Position numbers and translations under genes: made by a program
From: Gemmatimonadota bacterium
Lineage (GTDB): Bacteria > Gemmatimonadota > Gemmatimonadetes > Gemmatimonadales > GWC2-71-9
Assembly (NCBI GenBank): GCA_003221005.1
Contig: QHTZ01000071.1
Coordinates: 1-64,000 of the forward strand
Length of the DNA: 64,000 nt
Direction: 5' to 3'
Part shown: positions 9,918 to 19,992 of the stretch, in pieces
Layout of the letters: each line of letters begins with the position of its first letter
Numbering within the stretch: position 1 is the stretch's first letter
Notes under the pieces: generated by a model
Databases searched by the model: none
What the model was told of the DNA's origin: nothing
Seen by the model: only the letters and a program-made list of their open reading frames with translations

Positions 9918-10400
9918 ATGCACGGCGTCGAGCCGGCCCTGTTCCGCCAGCTCCTCGGCAGATTCGCGACGGGGGTCACGGTCCTCACGGCGCGCGACGC
10001 CGCGGGGCAGCCCATCGGGATGACGGCGAGCTCCGTCGCCTCAGTATCGCTCCACCCGCCGCTGCTGCTCGTCTCGGTCAGCCGCGAGCACGACATGCAC
10101 GCGGCGCTCCACGCGGCCAGGCACTTCGTCCTCAACGTCCTCGCCGCTGACCAAGAGGCCCTGTCGCGGCGCTTCGCGGCCGATCACCCCGACCGGTTCC
10201 TGGGCGTCGGGTACCGCGAGAACAAGCATGGCGTCCCGATCCTGGACGGCGTGCTCGCGAGCATCGAGTGCGAGCGGCAGGACGAGGCGGCAGGCGGGGA
10301 CCACACGGTGTTCTTCGGCCTCGTCATCGGCGGATCGGTGACGGACCGCAGCCCGCTGCTCTATTACCGCGGCGGCTACGCGTCGTTGCGCGGCGGATGA
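9918..10400 (+). CDS. Flavin reductase (RutF/HpaC family)
   Basis: FATGVTVLT, GMTASSVASVSLHPP, GDHTVFFG, PLLYYRG. Confidence 0.9.
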   Translation: MHGVEPALFRQLLGRFATGVTVLTARDAAGQPIGMTASSVASVSLHPPLLLVSVSREHDMHAALHAARHFVLNVLAADQEALSRRFAADHPDRFLGVGYRENKHGVPILDGVLASIECERQDEAAGGDHTVFFGLVIGGSVTDRSPLLYYRGGYASLRGG

Positions 10401-11104
10401 TCGGCACCGAGCTGCTGGACGATCCACACGCCGATCCGGCCGCGGTCGAGCGCGAGCTGCGGGACATCACGCGGCTCAACGCACTATTCGGCGGAACGCG
10501 GGCGGTCGTCGAGGCGCTGGAACCATTCTTTGAGGCCGGGAAGCGGGAGGCGGGAGACGGGAAGCGTGTGACCTGGACGCTGCTCGACATCGGGACGGGG
10601 CTCGGAGACATTCCCCGCGCGGCTGCGGCGGCGGCACGGAAGCACGGCATCGAGCTGCGCCTCGTGGGGATCGAGCTGAACTCCGCGGCGGCACGCAGCG
10701 CGCAGCGCGCTGGCGAGGGTCCGCGGCTTGCCATGCTGCTGGCGGACGGGGGCGCGCTCCCCCTTGGTCCCCGGTCAGTCGATGTCGTCAGCGCCAGTCA
10801 GGTGCTGCACCATCTGCCGCCAGCGATCGCGGTGCGGTGGATCAAGAGCTTCGGCGCCCTGGCGCGGCAGGCGGTGGTGCTCGCGGACCTGCGGCGGAGC
10901 CGTGTCGCCATGGCGGGCGTGTGGCTCGCGTCCTTCCCGCTCGGGTTCGGCGCGGTCACGCGGCACGACGCCGTCGTCTCGCTGCGGCGCGGCTACACGC
11001 GCGCGGAGATGAATGATCTGCTAGTGGCGGCCGGCGCCCCTCCCGTGGCGCGCTATCGGCCGGGCTTTCGGGTGGTGGCGGCTTGGCAGCCGTCAGCGTG
11101 TTGA
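10397..11104 (+). CDS. SAM-dependent methyltransferase
   Basis: ELLDD, LLDIGTGLGD, SQVLHH, DLRRS, HDAVVS. Confidence 0.85.
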   Translation: MIGTELLDDPHADPAAVERELRDITRLNALFGGTRAVVEALEPFFEAGKREAGDGKRVTWTLLDIGTGLGDIPRAAAAAARKHGIELRLVGIELNSAAARSAQRAGEGPRLAMLLADGGALPLGPRSVDVVSASQVLHHLPPAIAVRWIKSFGALARQAVVLADLRRSRVAMAGVWLASFPLGFGAVTRHDAVVSLRRGYTRAEMNDLLVAAGAPPVARYRPGFRVVAAWQPSAC

Positions 11105-11574
11105 CCATTGACCGCATCTCCATCCGCGCTCCGCTGGCGCGCGTGTTCGAAGTCGCCGCGGACATTGAGCGCTGGCCGCGCATCCTGGCGCACTACCGCT
11201 GGGTGCGGTTCCTCGAGCGCGACGCCGCCGGCGGGGGTGGTGGCGCGACGGGGGGTGTCGTAGAGATGGCGGCCTGGCGGCCGTTCGGGCCGGTGCGCTA
11301 TCCGGCGTGGTGGGTCTCACGGATGACCGTGGACCACGCCGCCGGCGAGATCCGCTACCGTCACGAGCGGGGTATCACGCGCGGCATGGACGTCGTGTGG
11401 CGTGTGGTCGCGCGCGGTCCGGGCACCGATGTCACGGTCGAGCACCGCTGGAGCGGGCCCCCCTGGCCGCTCGTCGGCGGGTGGATCGCGCGCGGGCTGA
11501 TCGGCCCGGTATTCGTCCACGGCATCGCGTCCCGCACGCTCGCGGGAATCAAGAGACACTTGGAGCGCACGTGA
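11098..11574 (+). CDS. SRPBCC / polyketide cyclase-like protein
   Basis: IRAPLARVFEVAADIERWPRILAHY; start codon approximate. Confidence 0.8.
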   Translation: MLTIDRISIRAPLARVFEVAADIERWPRILAHYRWVRFLERDAAGGGGGATGGVVEMAAWRPFGPVRYPAWWVSRMTVDHAAGEIRYRHERGITRGMDVVWRVVARGPGTDVTVEHRWSGPPWPLVGGWIARGLIGPVFVHGIASRTLAGIKRHLERT

Positions 11575-11643
11575 TCGTGCACGACCTTTCATTTCTGTTC
11601 CGCATTCCGCGTTCCACATTCCGCATTTGGGAGGGGGGGCACG

Positions 11644-12885
11644 GTGGGTAGCCCTCGTCGCGTCGTCATCACCGGGGTGGGGGCCGTCACCCCCATCGGG
11701 ACGGCGGCTGACGGACTGTGGCAGGGTCTCGTGGCCCGCTCCTCGGCCGTGCGGGAGATCACGCGCTTCGACCCGTCGTCGTTCAAGAGCCGCATCGCGG
11801 CCGAGATCCCTGACTTCCGCCCGCAGGACCACCTCGACGCGAAGCGGTCGAAGCGCCTAGACCGCTTCTCCCAGCTCGCCGTCACCAGCGCGCGCCTCGC
11901 GCTCGCCGACGCCGCGCTCGAGCCCGAGCGTGAAGACGTCGACCGGGTCGGGACGATGATGGGATCGGCACTCGGGGGCGTGGCCTTCGCCGAGTCACAG
12001 GTGGACGACTTCCGGCGCGACGGCCCGCGCGGGCTCAACCCGAGCCTGGCGCTCGCCGTGTTCCCTGGCGCCGCGAGCTGCAACATCGCGATCGAGTTCG
12101 GCTTCACCGGGCCGAACTCGACGAACGCGATGAGCTGCGCCTCGGGCACCATCGCCGTGGGGGACGCGTTCCACGCGATTCGCGCCGGCCACGCCGACGT
12201 GATGCTCGCGGGCGGGGCAGAAGCGCCGCTCGCGCCCATGACCTTCGCCGCCTTCAGTGTGATCCGCGCGATGAGCACGCGGAACGACGATCCGGCGCAC
12301 GCGTCGCGCCCATTCGACCAGGCCCGCGACGGCTTCGTCATGGGTGAGGGTGCTGCCGTGCTCGTGTTGGAGGAGCGGAGCCGGGCGCTCGCGCGGGGCG
12401 CGAAGATCTATGCCGAGGTGATCGGCTACGCCTTCACGAACGACGCCTACCACATGACGGCACCGCGCCCCGACGGCCGCCAGGCCGCCCGCGCGATCAG
12501 CCTCGCGCTCGCCGACGCCCACGTCGCGCCGGGCGAGGTAGGGTACGTCAACGCGCACGGCTCCTCCACACCCCTGAACGACACCACCGAGACCGCCGCC
12601 ATCAAGCAGGTATTTGGGGATCACGCCTACCGGCTCTCGGTGAGCGGCACGAAGGGCTACTACGGCCACGCCCTCGGCGCGAGCGGCGCGATCGAAGCGG
12701 CGATCTGCGCGCTCGCGATGGCGCGTCGCTGGCTGCCACCCACCATCAACCTCGAGCGCCCGGACCCCGCCTGCGACCTCGACTGTCTCCCCCACGAGGG
12801 ACGCGCGGCCTCCCCGGAGGTCGTCGTGTCGAACTCGTTCGGGTTCGGCGGCATCAACGCTTCGCTGGTGTTGCGGCGCGCCTAG
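11644..12885 (+). CDS. fabF: Beta-ketoacyl-ACP synthase II-like ketosynthase
   Basis: RRVVITGVG, AMSCASG (Cys), NAHGSST (His), KGYYGH (His), SNSFGFGG. Confidence 0.88.
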   Translation: MGSPRRVVITGVGAVTPIGTAADGLWQGLVARSSAVREITRFDPSSFKSRIAAEIPDFRPQDHLDAKRSKRLDRFSQLAVTSARLALADAALEPEREDVDRVGTMMGSALGGVAFAESQVDDFRRDGPRGLNPSLALAVFPGAASCNIAIEFGFTGPNSTNAMSCASGTIAVGDAFHAIRAGHADVMLAGGAEAPLAPMTFAAFSVIRAMSTRNDDPAHASRPFDQARDGFVMGEGAAVLVLEERSRALARGAKIYAEVIGYAFTNDAYHMTAPRPDGRQAARAISLALADAHVAPGEVGYVNAHGSSTPLNDTTETAAIKQVFGDHAYRLSVSGTKGYYGHALGASGAIEAAICALAMARRWLPPTINLERPDPACDLDCLPHEGRAASPEVVVSNSFGFGGINASLVLRRA

Positions 12886-12908
12886 GCGCGCGCCAAATTG
12901 GCTGCACC

Positions 12909-13589
12909 ATGCCCAAACTCCTCCGACCGCTGACGGCCGAGCTGATCGGCACGCTGCTGTTCGTGTTCTTCGGTGCGGGAAGCATCGTGATGAACTCCGC
13001 GAGCGGCGGCAACCTCGGGCCGCTTGCGGTCGCCCTCGCGCACGGCGTCGGCATGGGGGTCATCGTGTCGGCGACGCTGAGCATTTCGGGCGGTCACATG
13101 AATCCCGCCGTGACCTTCGCGATCGCGCTCGCCGGCAGGATCGATTGGCGCAGCGCGATCGCCTACGTGGTCGCCCAGCTCGCCGGGGGGCTGCTCGGCG
13201 CGTTGCTGGTGAAGGCGTTCATGCCCGTCGGTCCCGTCACCGCCACGCTGGCCGGCACACCGCAGCTCGGGCCCAGCGTCAGCTTCGTGCAGGGGATCTG
13301 GATCGAGGCCCTGCTGACGTTCTTCCTGGTGAGCGCGGTGTTCGGCACGGCCGTGTCGCCGGACGCGCCGAAAATCGGCGGGTTCGGGATCGGGCTGGCG
13401 ATCTTCGTGGCAGCGCTGGTCGGCGGGAACCTCACGGGGGCGATGATGAACCCGGCGCGCGCCCTGGGGCCGGCGATCGTGGCGCACGATCTGCACGCGC
13501 AGGCCGTGTACTGGATCGGGCCGCTACTCGGTGCGGCGGTGGCGGGCGGGTTGTGGCGGCTCGCGCTGCGAGCCCGGGCGGGCTACTAG
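12909..13589 (+). CDS. Aquaporin / MIP channel
   Basis: [10 protein letters not shown] and [10 protein letters not shown] (two NPA motifs). Confidence 0.92.
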   Translation: MPKLLRPLTAELIGTLLFVFFGAGSIVMNSASGGNLGPLAVALAHGVGMGVIVSATLSISGGHMNPAVTFAIALAGRIDWRSAIAYVVAQLAGGLLGALLVKAFMPVGPVTATLAGTPQLGPSVSFVQGIWIEALLTFFLVSAVFGTAVSPDAPKIGGFGIGLAIFVAALVGGNLTGAMMNPARALGPAIVAHDLHAQAVYWIGPLLGAAVAGGLWRLALRARAGY

Positions 13590-14560
13590 CCGAGCGCCTC
13601 TGCGGCGCAGGGAGCGAAGTAGCTGAGCACGATGTCGGCGCCGGCGCGGCGGATGGCATACAGCGTCTCCCACATCGCACGAGCCTCGTCCACCATCCCG
13701 CGCTCCGCGGCGGCCTTGATCATCGCGTACTCACCGCTCACCTGATAGGCGGCCAGGGGGGCTCCGAATTCCTGTCTCGCCCGCCGGATCAGATCGAGAC
13801 ACGGCAACGCCGGCTTCACGAGAATGATGTCCGCCCCTTCGTCCACATCCAGCTGGATCTCCTTCATGGCCTCGTCGGCGTTGGTCCCCTGCATCTGATA
13901 GGATTGGCGGTCGCCGAACTGCGGCGTCGAGCCCGCCGCTTCCCGGAACGGACCGTAGAACGCTGAGGCCATCTTCGCCGCGTAGGACATGATGGGGACC
14001 CGCGCGAAACCGGCGGCGTCGAGCGCCTTGCGTATCCCCGCCACGCGCCCGTCCATCATGTCGCTCGGCGCCACGAGGTCCACGCCGGCCCGGGCTTGCG
14101 CCACCGCTGCCTTCCCGAGGAGATAGACCGAAGCGTCGTTGTCCACGTCGCCGTCCGCGATCACCCCGCAGTGCCCGTGGTCGGTATACTCGCACAGGCA
14201 GAGATCGGCGATGACGAGGAGCTGGGGCACGGCACGCTTCACCGCCCGCGCCGCCTGCTGCACAATCCCCTGTTCGTCGTACGCCTCCGAACCGGTGGCG
14301 TCCTTCTGCGCGGGCAAGCCGAAGAGGATGATGCCGCCCAGACCGAGCCGCACCGCGCGGTCCGCGTCCTTCACGAGCTCGTCCACCGAGGTCTGGTACA
14401 CGCCCGGCAGCGTCGCGACTTCCCGGCGCACCCCCTGGCCATGGCACACGAACAGCGGCCACACGAGCTGGGAGGGGACGAGGTGCGTCTCCTGCACCAG
14501 CCGGCGCAGCGCCGGGGTGCGACGCAGCCGGCGCATCCGCCGGATCGGAAACTGGCTCAT
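13586..14560 (-). CDS. hemB: Porphobilinogen synthase
   Basis: [31 protein letters not shown]. Confidence 0.95.
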   Translation of the reverse strand: MSQFPIRRMRRLRRTPALRRLVQETHLVPSQLVWPLFVCHGQGVRREVATLPGVYQTSVDELVKDADRAVRLGLGGIILFGLPAQKDATGSEAYDEQGIVQQAARAVKRAVPQLLVIADLCLCEYTDHGHCGVIADGDVDNDASVYLLGKAAVAQARAGVDLVAPSDMMDGRVAGIRKALDAAGFARVPIMSYAAKMASAFYGPFREAAGSTPQFGDRQSYQMQGTNADEAMKEIQLDVDEGADIILVKPALPCLDLIRRARQEFGAPLAAYQVSGEYAMIKAAAERGMVDEARAMWETLYAIRRAGADIVLSYFAPCAAEALG

Positions 14561-15474
14561 CGTGCGAGTAACTCTAGCGCCCCCTGCGCGCGGAGCAAGT
14601 CGGCCACCGCCACGCCGGCGACCACCGGGTCCTCGATGTCCGCCGACGCCGTGAGCTGAACGGACCCATCCGGCGCGGTCACGCGGCCCCACAGCCGCAT
14701 CCCGCTTCCCGCATCCCGCACGCCGACCCACGCCGCGACCGGCGCCTGGCAGCCCCCTCCCAGCGCCGCGAGCAGGCAGCGTTCGGCCGTCACCTGCCGG
14801 GCGCTCTCCGGGTGGTCGAGCGGGCGCGCTGCGGCTGCGGCGGCCTGATCCCCCGCGCGGATCTCGACGCCCAGCGCTCCCTGCCCCGGTGCCGGCATCA
14901 CCTCGAGCGGGTCTAGCTTCAGTGCGATCGCGTCCGTGAGCTCGAGGCGCGCGAGGCCGGCGAAGGCGAGGAGCGCCGCGTCGAGGTCGGATCCCTGCTT
15001 CACCTTTTGCACTCGTGTGGGAACGTTGCCGCGCAGCGGCAGGATCTCGAGATCGGCGCGGAGATGGCGCACCTGCGCCACGCGTCGCAGGCTGGAGGTT
15101 CCGAGGCGGGCGCCTGGCGCGAGCGCGGCGAGGGACGCGACCCCGCTCTGCTTCGCCACCAGGACATCGCGGGCATCCGCTCGCTCGGGGACTGCCCCGA
15201 GCGTCAGACCATCGGGGAGCGTCGTCGGCAGATCCTTGAGGGAATGGACCGCAATGTCGATGCGCCCGTCGAGCAGAGCGTCCTCGATGCCCTTGGTGAA
15301 GAAGCCCTTCCCCGGGAGCTCGTGCAGCGGGCGGTCCACCTCCGTGTCCCCCTGCGTCTTGATCACGACGATCTCGGCTGCGATCCCGTGGCGCCCGAGC
15401 GCCGCCTTCACCCACTCGGCCTGCCACAGCGCCAGGCGGCTGCCACGCGTTCCGATCTTCAGCACGCCGCTCAC
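14557..15474 (-). CDS. hemC: Hydroxymethylbilane synthase
   Basis: [41 protein letters not shown]. Confidence 0.95.
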   Translation of the reverse strand: MSGVLKIGTRGSRLALWQAEWVKAALGRHGIAAEIVVIKTQGDTEVDRPLHELPGKGFFTKGIEDALLDGRIDIAVHSLKDLPTTLPDGLTLGAVPERADARDVLVAKQSGVASLAALAPGARLGTSSLRRVAQVRHLRADLEILPLRGNVPTRVQKVKQGSDLDAALLAFAGLARLELTDAIALKLDPLEVMPAPGQGALGVEIRAGDQAAAAAARPLDHPESARQVTAERCLLAALGGGCQAPVAAWVGVRDAGSGMRLWGRVTAPDGSVQLTASADIEDPVVAGVAVADLLRAQGALELLAR

Positions 15475-16292
15475 ACGTCCCCCCTCCCCCTCCCCCTCCC
15501 CCGTCCCGCTTCGCCGAAGTGCCGTACGAGGGCATCCACGAGCCCCGGCACCGCGTACTCGTCCGCTTCAATCGGCACGGGGATCCCGAGCTCCCGCGCC
15601 GTCGCGGCGGTCACGGGGCCGATCGCCGCGGCCGCGAACCGCCCGGAGGTCGCGGCTTCGCGACCGACGAGGTCCACGAAATGACGCACGGTCGAGGACG
15701 ACGTGAAGGTGATGGCGTCGATCTGTCCTGCCACAATGTCCCGCGCCAGGCGGCTCCCATCTCCCGGGTCTCGGACCGTCGCGTACACGGGGATCACGTC
15801 GACGACGGCGCCGCGGGCCCGGAGCCCTTCGGGGAGCGCGTCGCGCGCCTCGAGGGCGCGCGGCACGAGAATGCGCTTCCCGCGCACGTCCCCACGCCGC
15901 ACCATCTCCTCCACCACCGCCTCGGCCACGAACCGCTCGGGGACGAGGGCGGCCGCAACGCCCCGCTCCGCCAGGGCGGCGGCGGTGGCGGGCCCAATGG
16001 CGGCGACGGCCACGCGCGTCAGGGCGCGCGGCTCGAGGCCCCATTCGGGGAGGCGGTCGCACACCACGCGCACCGTGTTCTGGCTGGTGAAGACGATCCA
16101 CTGGTAGCGGGCGAGATCGGCGAGCGCGGCGCGCAGTGGCGCGAGGTCGGCGAGCGGCTCGATACGGATCGTCGGAGCCGCGACCACGTCGGCGCCGAGG
16201 GCGGTCAGCGCCTGCACCAGGTCCCCCGCCTGTTCCCGCGCGCGGGTGACCACGATCCGCCGCCCCGCGAGCGGCCGCGACGCCTGGGCCAT
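15471..16292 (-). CDS. hemD: Uroporphyrinogen-III synthase
   Basis: [34 protein letters not shown]. Confidence 0.9.
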   Translation of the reverse strand: MAQASRPLAGRRIVVTRAREQAGDLVQALTALGADVVAAPTIRIEPLADLAPLRAALADLARYQWIVFTSQNTVRVVCDRLPEWGLEPRALTRVAVAAIGPATAAALAERGVAAALVPERFVAEAVVEEMVRRGDVRGKRILVPRALEARDALPEGLRARGAVVDVIPVYATVRDPGDGSRLARDIVAGQIDAITFTSSSTVRHFVDLVGREAATSGRFAAAAIGPVTAATARELGIPVPIEADEYAVPGLVDALVRHFGEAGRGRGRGRGDV

Positions 16293-16334
16293 AGCTGGTT
16301 GCAATTTCACCGCGGCAAAACCCATAATCAAGGA

Positions 16335-16919
16335 ATGCTCTACTCCCTGCGCGCCGCGCTGGCGCGCTTCACCGTCCGGCGCGCGGCTGCGTGCCAGCGC
16401 CACGCGCCGCGCCGCGCCGTGCTATGGCTGCGGCTCGGAAGCGCCATTTCCCCCGCGTTCGCGGAGGTGTTCTCCGCGCTGGTGCACCTGCGGCGCGCAC
16501 TGGACGACCGCTGGGGCGCGCTCGGCGCGGCGCGCGCCGCCGTCGACCGTTTCCCCGGCAACCCGGACGCGTGGATGCTGCTCGGCGAAGCGTGCCAGAT
16601 GGTGTTCCGCCAGAAGGAGGCCCTCGGCGCCTACGAGCAGGCGCTCGCCCTGGAAGAGCGCGCGGATGCCGCGATGGCGGCGGGCGAGCTCTACATGCGC
16701 GCCGGGGAGCCCGCCGACGCGGCGGCCCGGTTCGCGCGCGCGTACGCCGCGGGGGGCGGGGCCCCCGCCCTGTGGTCGAACGCCCAGGCGCTGTTCCAGG
16801 CGGGCGACACGCGTGCGGCGGACGAGGCGCTGAGCCTGTGGGCAACGCAGGTTCCCGACGGGATGGAGCGCCTGGCTGCGGCACGCGCCGAGCTGCGCGA
16901 GGTCAAGCGGGGGAGTTAG
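16335..16919 (+). CDS. TPR-repeat protein
   Basis: PGNPDAWMLLGEA...ALGAYEQALAL helical repeats. Confidence 0.65.
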   Translation: MLYSLRAALARFTVRRAAACQRHAPRRAVLWLRLGSAISPAFAEVFSALVHLRRALDDRWGALGAARAAVDRFPGNPDAWMLLGEACQMVFRQKEALGAYEQALALEERADAAMAAGELYMRAGEPADAAARFARAYAAGGGAPALWSNAQALFQAGDTRAADEALSLWATQVPDGMERLAAARAELREVKRGS

Positions 16920-17026
16920 AGGTTCCGCGTTCTCCGGTACAGGAGCAATGCGTAGGTGACGAGGATGACGGCGGCCACTACGTAGGCCGCCACCATGTAC
17001 CCCCCGTTGGCCGGCCCTTCAGGCAT
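16916..17026 (-). CDS. ccmD: Heme exporter protein D (36 aa)
   Basis: Hand-translated MPEGPANGGYMVAAYVVAAVILVTYALLLYRRTRNL; single TM helix with YxxAAY and basic tail; overlaps the ccmC stop. Confidence 0.75.
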   Translation of the reverse strand: MPEGPANGGYMVAAYVVAAVILVTYALLLYRRTRNL

Positions 17027-17696
17027 CGCTCGCCCCCGCCCCCCCCACGTCGCTCGCGCCTGCCAAGGCGTAGCACTGCATCACGAACCCCACGTACAGC
17101 AGTGTGAAGACCCCAAACGAGTACAGCAGCGTCACGAGCATGCTGCCGGGGAGCGAGGGCGCGCTCGGTTTCAGCACGATCGGCATCGGATGCAGCGTGC
17201 GGAACAGGTACACGCTGAGATGAATGAAGGGGAGCAGCACGAGGCCGCAGATCCCCAGCACCGCCGAGTAGCGGGCCCGCAGCGGCGCCTCGCTCACAGC
17301 CCCACGAAGCAGCAGGTAGCCGATGAACAAGAAGAAGAGGAAAAGGGTCAGCGTCAGCCGGGCATCCCAGGTCCACCAGGTGCCCCAGATCGGTTTCGCC
17401 CACAGCGGCCCCGTGGTGAGCATGACGAGCGAGAACGCGGTTCCCACCTCGGCCGACGCGGCGGCGAAGCGATCGAAGCGGTAGTCCTTCATGATCAGAA
17501 ACAGAATGCTCGCCAGGCCCACGAGACCCATGGCGAGCATCGCGGACCACGCGGCAGGCACGTGCACATAGAAGATCTTCTGGGCGAGCCCCTGGAACCG
17601 CTCTGTGGGTGTGAAAGCGAGCGCGCGCACGTAGATACCGGCGAGCAGTACGAGGCCCACCAGGGTCAGCCAGCGACCGCGCTGCGCCAGAGTCAT
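17019..17696 (-). CDS. ccmC: Heme chaperone-loading protein CcmC
   Basis: IFYVHVP, WAKPIWGTWWTWDARLT, RTLHP. Confidence 0.93.
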   Translation of the reverse strand: MTLAQRGRWLTLVGLVLLAGIYVRALAFTPTERFQGLAQKIFYVHVPAAWSAMLAMGLVGLASILFLIMKDYRFDRFAAASAEVGTAFSLVMLTTGPLWAKPIWGTWWTWDARLTLTLFLFFLFIGYLLLRGAVSEAPLRARYSAVLGICGLVLLPFIHLSVYLFRTLHPMPIVLKPSAPSLPGSMLVTLLYSFGVFTLLYVGFVMQCYALAGASDVGGAGASDA

Positions 17697-18373
17697 TCGT
17701 TCACCGTTGTTGGAAACAGCAGGGTCGCGAGCGTCAGGAACACGATGTCGTAGGCGGCGAGCAACCTAAGCCACCCCGTCACCTCGCTCAAGGGCCGGCC
17801 CCCGAGCAGCCGGGCCGTGACCTGCACCGCGCCGATGAGGGGCGGAATCAGGAACGGCAGCAGCAGCACCGGCAGCATCAGCTCGGCGAACCGCGTCCGG
17901 ATCACCATCGCGCTGAAGAGCGTCCCCACCGCCACGAAGCCTACGGTAGCGAGCGCGATCACGCCGATCAGGGGCGCCAGGACTCCGCCCACCGGCACGT
18001 CGAAGAACAGCACGAACAACGGCAGTCCCACGCACTCCACCACGCCCACGAACACGCAATTCGCGATGAGCTTCGCCCAGTAGAGACTGGTGCGGCTGAT
18101 CGGCGCCACGAGCAGTCCGTCGAGCGCCTCGTTCTCGAGCTCCAGCTGGAAGGCGCGGTTCAGCGCCAGCATCGCGGCGAACGTGAACGTCACCCACAGG
18201 ATGCTGGGCGCGAGGTCCACGGTCGCGACCGCGGTGGGATCACGTCCGAAGTTGAAGACCGTGAGCACCAGAGCCGTGAAGACGGCGGCCGAGACGAACG
18301 CGGTGCGGGAGCGGAACTCGAGCACCAGGTCCTTGCGCGCGATCACCCAGGCGTGCCGCAACACCTCACCCAC
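17693..18373 (-). CDS. ccmB: Heme exporter permease CcmB
   Basis: KDLVLEFRSR, FQLELENEALDGL; position in the ccm operon. Confidence 0.9.
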   Translation of the reverse strand: MGEVLRHAWVIARKDLVLEFRSRTAFVSAAVFTALVLTVFNFGRDPTAVATVDLAPSILWVTFTFAAMLALNRAFQLELENEALDGLLVAPISRTSLYWAKLIANCVFVGVVECVGLPLFVLFFDVPVGGVLAPLIGVIALATVGFVAVGTLFSAMVIRTRFAELMLPVLLLPFLIPPLIGAVQVTARLLGGRPLSEVTGWLRLLAAYDIVFLTLATLLFPTTVNE

Positions 18374-19046
18374 CGGTCACCGCCCGCCGGTACGCGTCGG
18401 CGATCTCGCCCGGGCCGCGGGCTCCCCGCGGCGCGAGCTGCACGAACCGCCCCCGCGCCTGGAATGCGACGTCGGTCGCGAGCTCGACCCCCTCATCCAC
18501 GTTGTGGGTAGCGAGCACCACGATCCGTCCCTTCCCGGCGAGCTCCGCCAACAACGCGCGGAACTCCGCCGCGGCGGCGAGGTCGAGCCCCGTGAACGGC
18601 TCGTCGAGCAGCAGCACCTCCGGATCGTGCATCAGCGCGCGCGCGATCGTCACCCGCTGCATCAGGCCGCGCGACAGTACCCGCACAGGAACATCCGCCC
18701 GGTCGGCGACGCCAAGCCGACCCAGCAGCTCGGCCGCGCGCGCCCGGCTCAACGGCCGCGCGACGTCGTACAGCGCCGCCCAGAAGAGCAGGTTCTCCCG
18801 CACGGTGAGATGCCCGTAGAGATAGGATTGGTGCCCGATCCACCCAACCGCCCGGCGTCCCCCAGTGACCTCGGCGCGGCCCCCTTCCGGCCGGATCAAC
18901 CCGGCGAGCACCTTGAGGAGAGTCGTCTTCCCCGCCCCATTCGGCCCGAACAGGGCCAGCGTCTGCCCTTCGCCAAGGGTGAACGAGATACCGTCGAGCG
19001 CCCGGACCGGGCCGAAGCTGTGCCGCAGGTCTTCAGCGCACAGCAT
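18366..19046 (-). CDS. ccmA: Heme ABC exporter ATP-binding protein CcmA
   Basis: GPNGAGKTT, LSRGLMQR, LLLDEPFTGLD. Confidence 0.88.
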   Translation of the reverse strand: MLCAEDLRHSFGPVRALDGISFTLGEGQTLALFGPNGAGKTTLLKVLAGLIRPEGGRAEVTGGRRAVGWIGHQSYLYGHLTVRENLLFWAALYDVARPLSRARAAELLGRLGVADRADVPVRVLSRGLMQRVTIARALMHDPEVLLLDEPFTGLDLAAAAEFRALLAELAGKGRIVVLATHNVDEGVELATDVAFQARGRFVQLAPRGARGPGEIADAYRRAVTGG

Positions 19047-19401
19047 CGATGCGCGCGGCGAGATCGTCCATGTTGAAGGGCTTGACCAGGTATCCGCTGT
19101 GCCCGAGGTCGAGCATGGTCATGAGGGGCTCCATGCTCACGTAGGCGGTCGTCACGATCACCGGCAGGCTGGGATGAGAAGCGCGGATTTCCTGGAGCAG
19201 GGCCACCCCGTCGGTGTCGGGCAGCCGCATGTCGAGTACAAGCACGTCCGGCTCGAAGCTCTCGAGACGCCGCAGCGCCTCGCTGCCGCTGGCCGCGAAC
19301 GCCATCTGGTAATGCGCGGCGAAGTACCGCTCATAGTTCGCGCGGATGGGAGCCTCGTCTTCGACGAAGAGAACCTTGCGTCGCGACGCCGCGGGCTCCA
19401 T
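19033..19401 (-). CDS. Single-domain response regulator
   Basis: VLFVEDE, LDMRLPD, TTAY, YLVKPF. Confidence 0.88.
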   Translation of the reverse strand: MEPAASRRKVLFVEDEAPIRANYERYFAAHYQMAFAASGSEALRRLESFEPDVLVLDMRLPDTDGVALLQEIRASHPSLPVIVTTAYVSMEPLMTMLDLGHSGYLVKPFNMDDLAARIDAVR

Positions 19402-19448
19402 GGCTGGGCAATATAGCGTCCCACCCGGAGGAGCGTTCTACAGACGGT

Positions 19449-19766
19449 CTACCGCCCGCCGCTCTCCAGCTCGAACAGGTCGTCCAGCTTGGTCAGCACC
19501 AGGAGGAAGCGCAGCTCCTCGTTCGCGCCGCGCAGACACACGGTGAGCCGTCGCTCGGCCGCCTTGCGCTGGATCAGCATCAACGCTCCGAGCCCCGCGC
19601 TGTCCACCGCCCGCGTCGCCGAGAGGTCGATCACCAGCCGCCCCGCGCCTTCCGGCAGCTGGTCCAGCAGCTCGCCAGCGGCCCGGCGGAAACCGGTCCG
19701 CGACTCGAGGCCCAGCTCCTCGGGGGCGGCCAGCACCTTCTCCGTGGGTCGCGTCGTCATTGCCAT
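19449..19766 (-). CDS. STAS-domain anti-sigma-factor antagonist
   Basis: VIDLSATRAVDSAGLGAL; GGAGGA RBS. Confidence 0.85.
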   Translation of the reverse strand: MAMTTRPTEKVLAAPEELGLESRTGFRRAAGELLDQLPEGAGRLVIDLSATRAVDSAGLGALMLIQRKAAERRLTVCLRGANEELRFLLVLTKLDDLFELESGGR

Positions 19767-19992
19767 CAGCTCCTCCACACGCAGCTCCTGCAAGGTCCGG
19801 CGGCGTGCTGTGCGACTCCGGTGCCACCGAGCTAAGCTGCGGCCGATCAACCGCTTGTCAAAGCGCCGGTGAGGTCGCTCACGTGCTGCGGCGCCGCAAC
19901 GCGAGCGCCTGGACGCAGAATGCAAGGACCGGGCGAGCACCGCTTGACCCTGACGCCGTTGCCGTGCAGCATACCCGTAGGAGGCGAATCAC

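Noticed and set aside
15478-15508. (CCCCTC)n hexamer run at the hemD-hemC junction
   Set aside because: In-frame low-complexity GRGRG tail; period 6, kept separate from the heptamer family and too short to interpret.
13586-15571. Apparent 661-aa HemB with a long N-terminal extension
   Set aside because: The extension is the off-frame reading of hemC; HemB starts at 14560.
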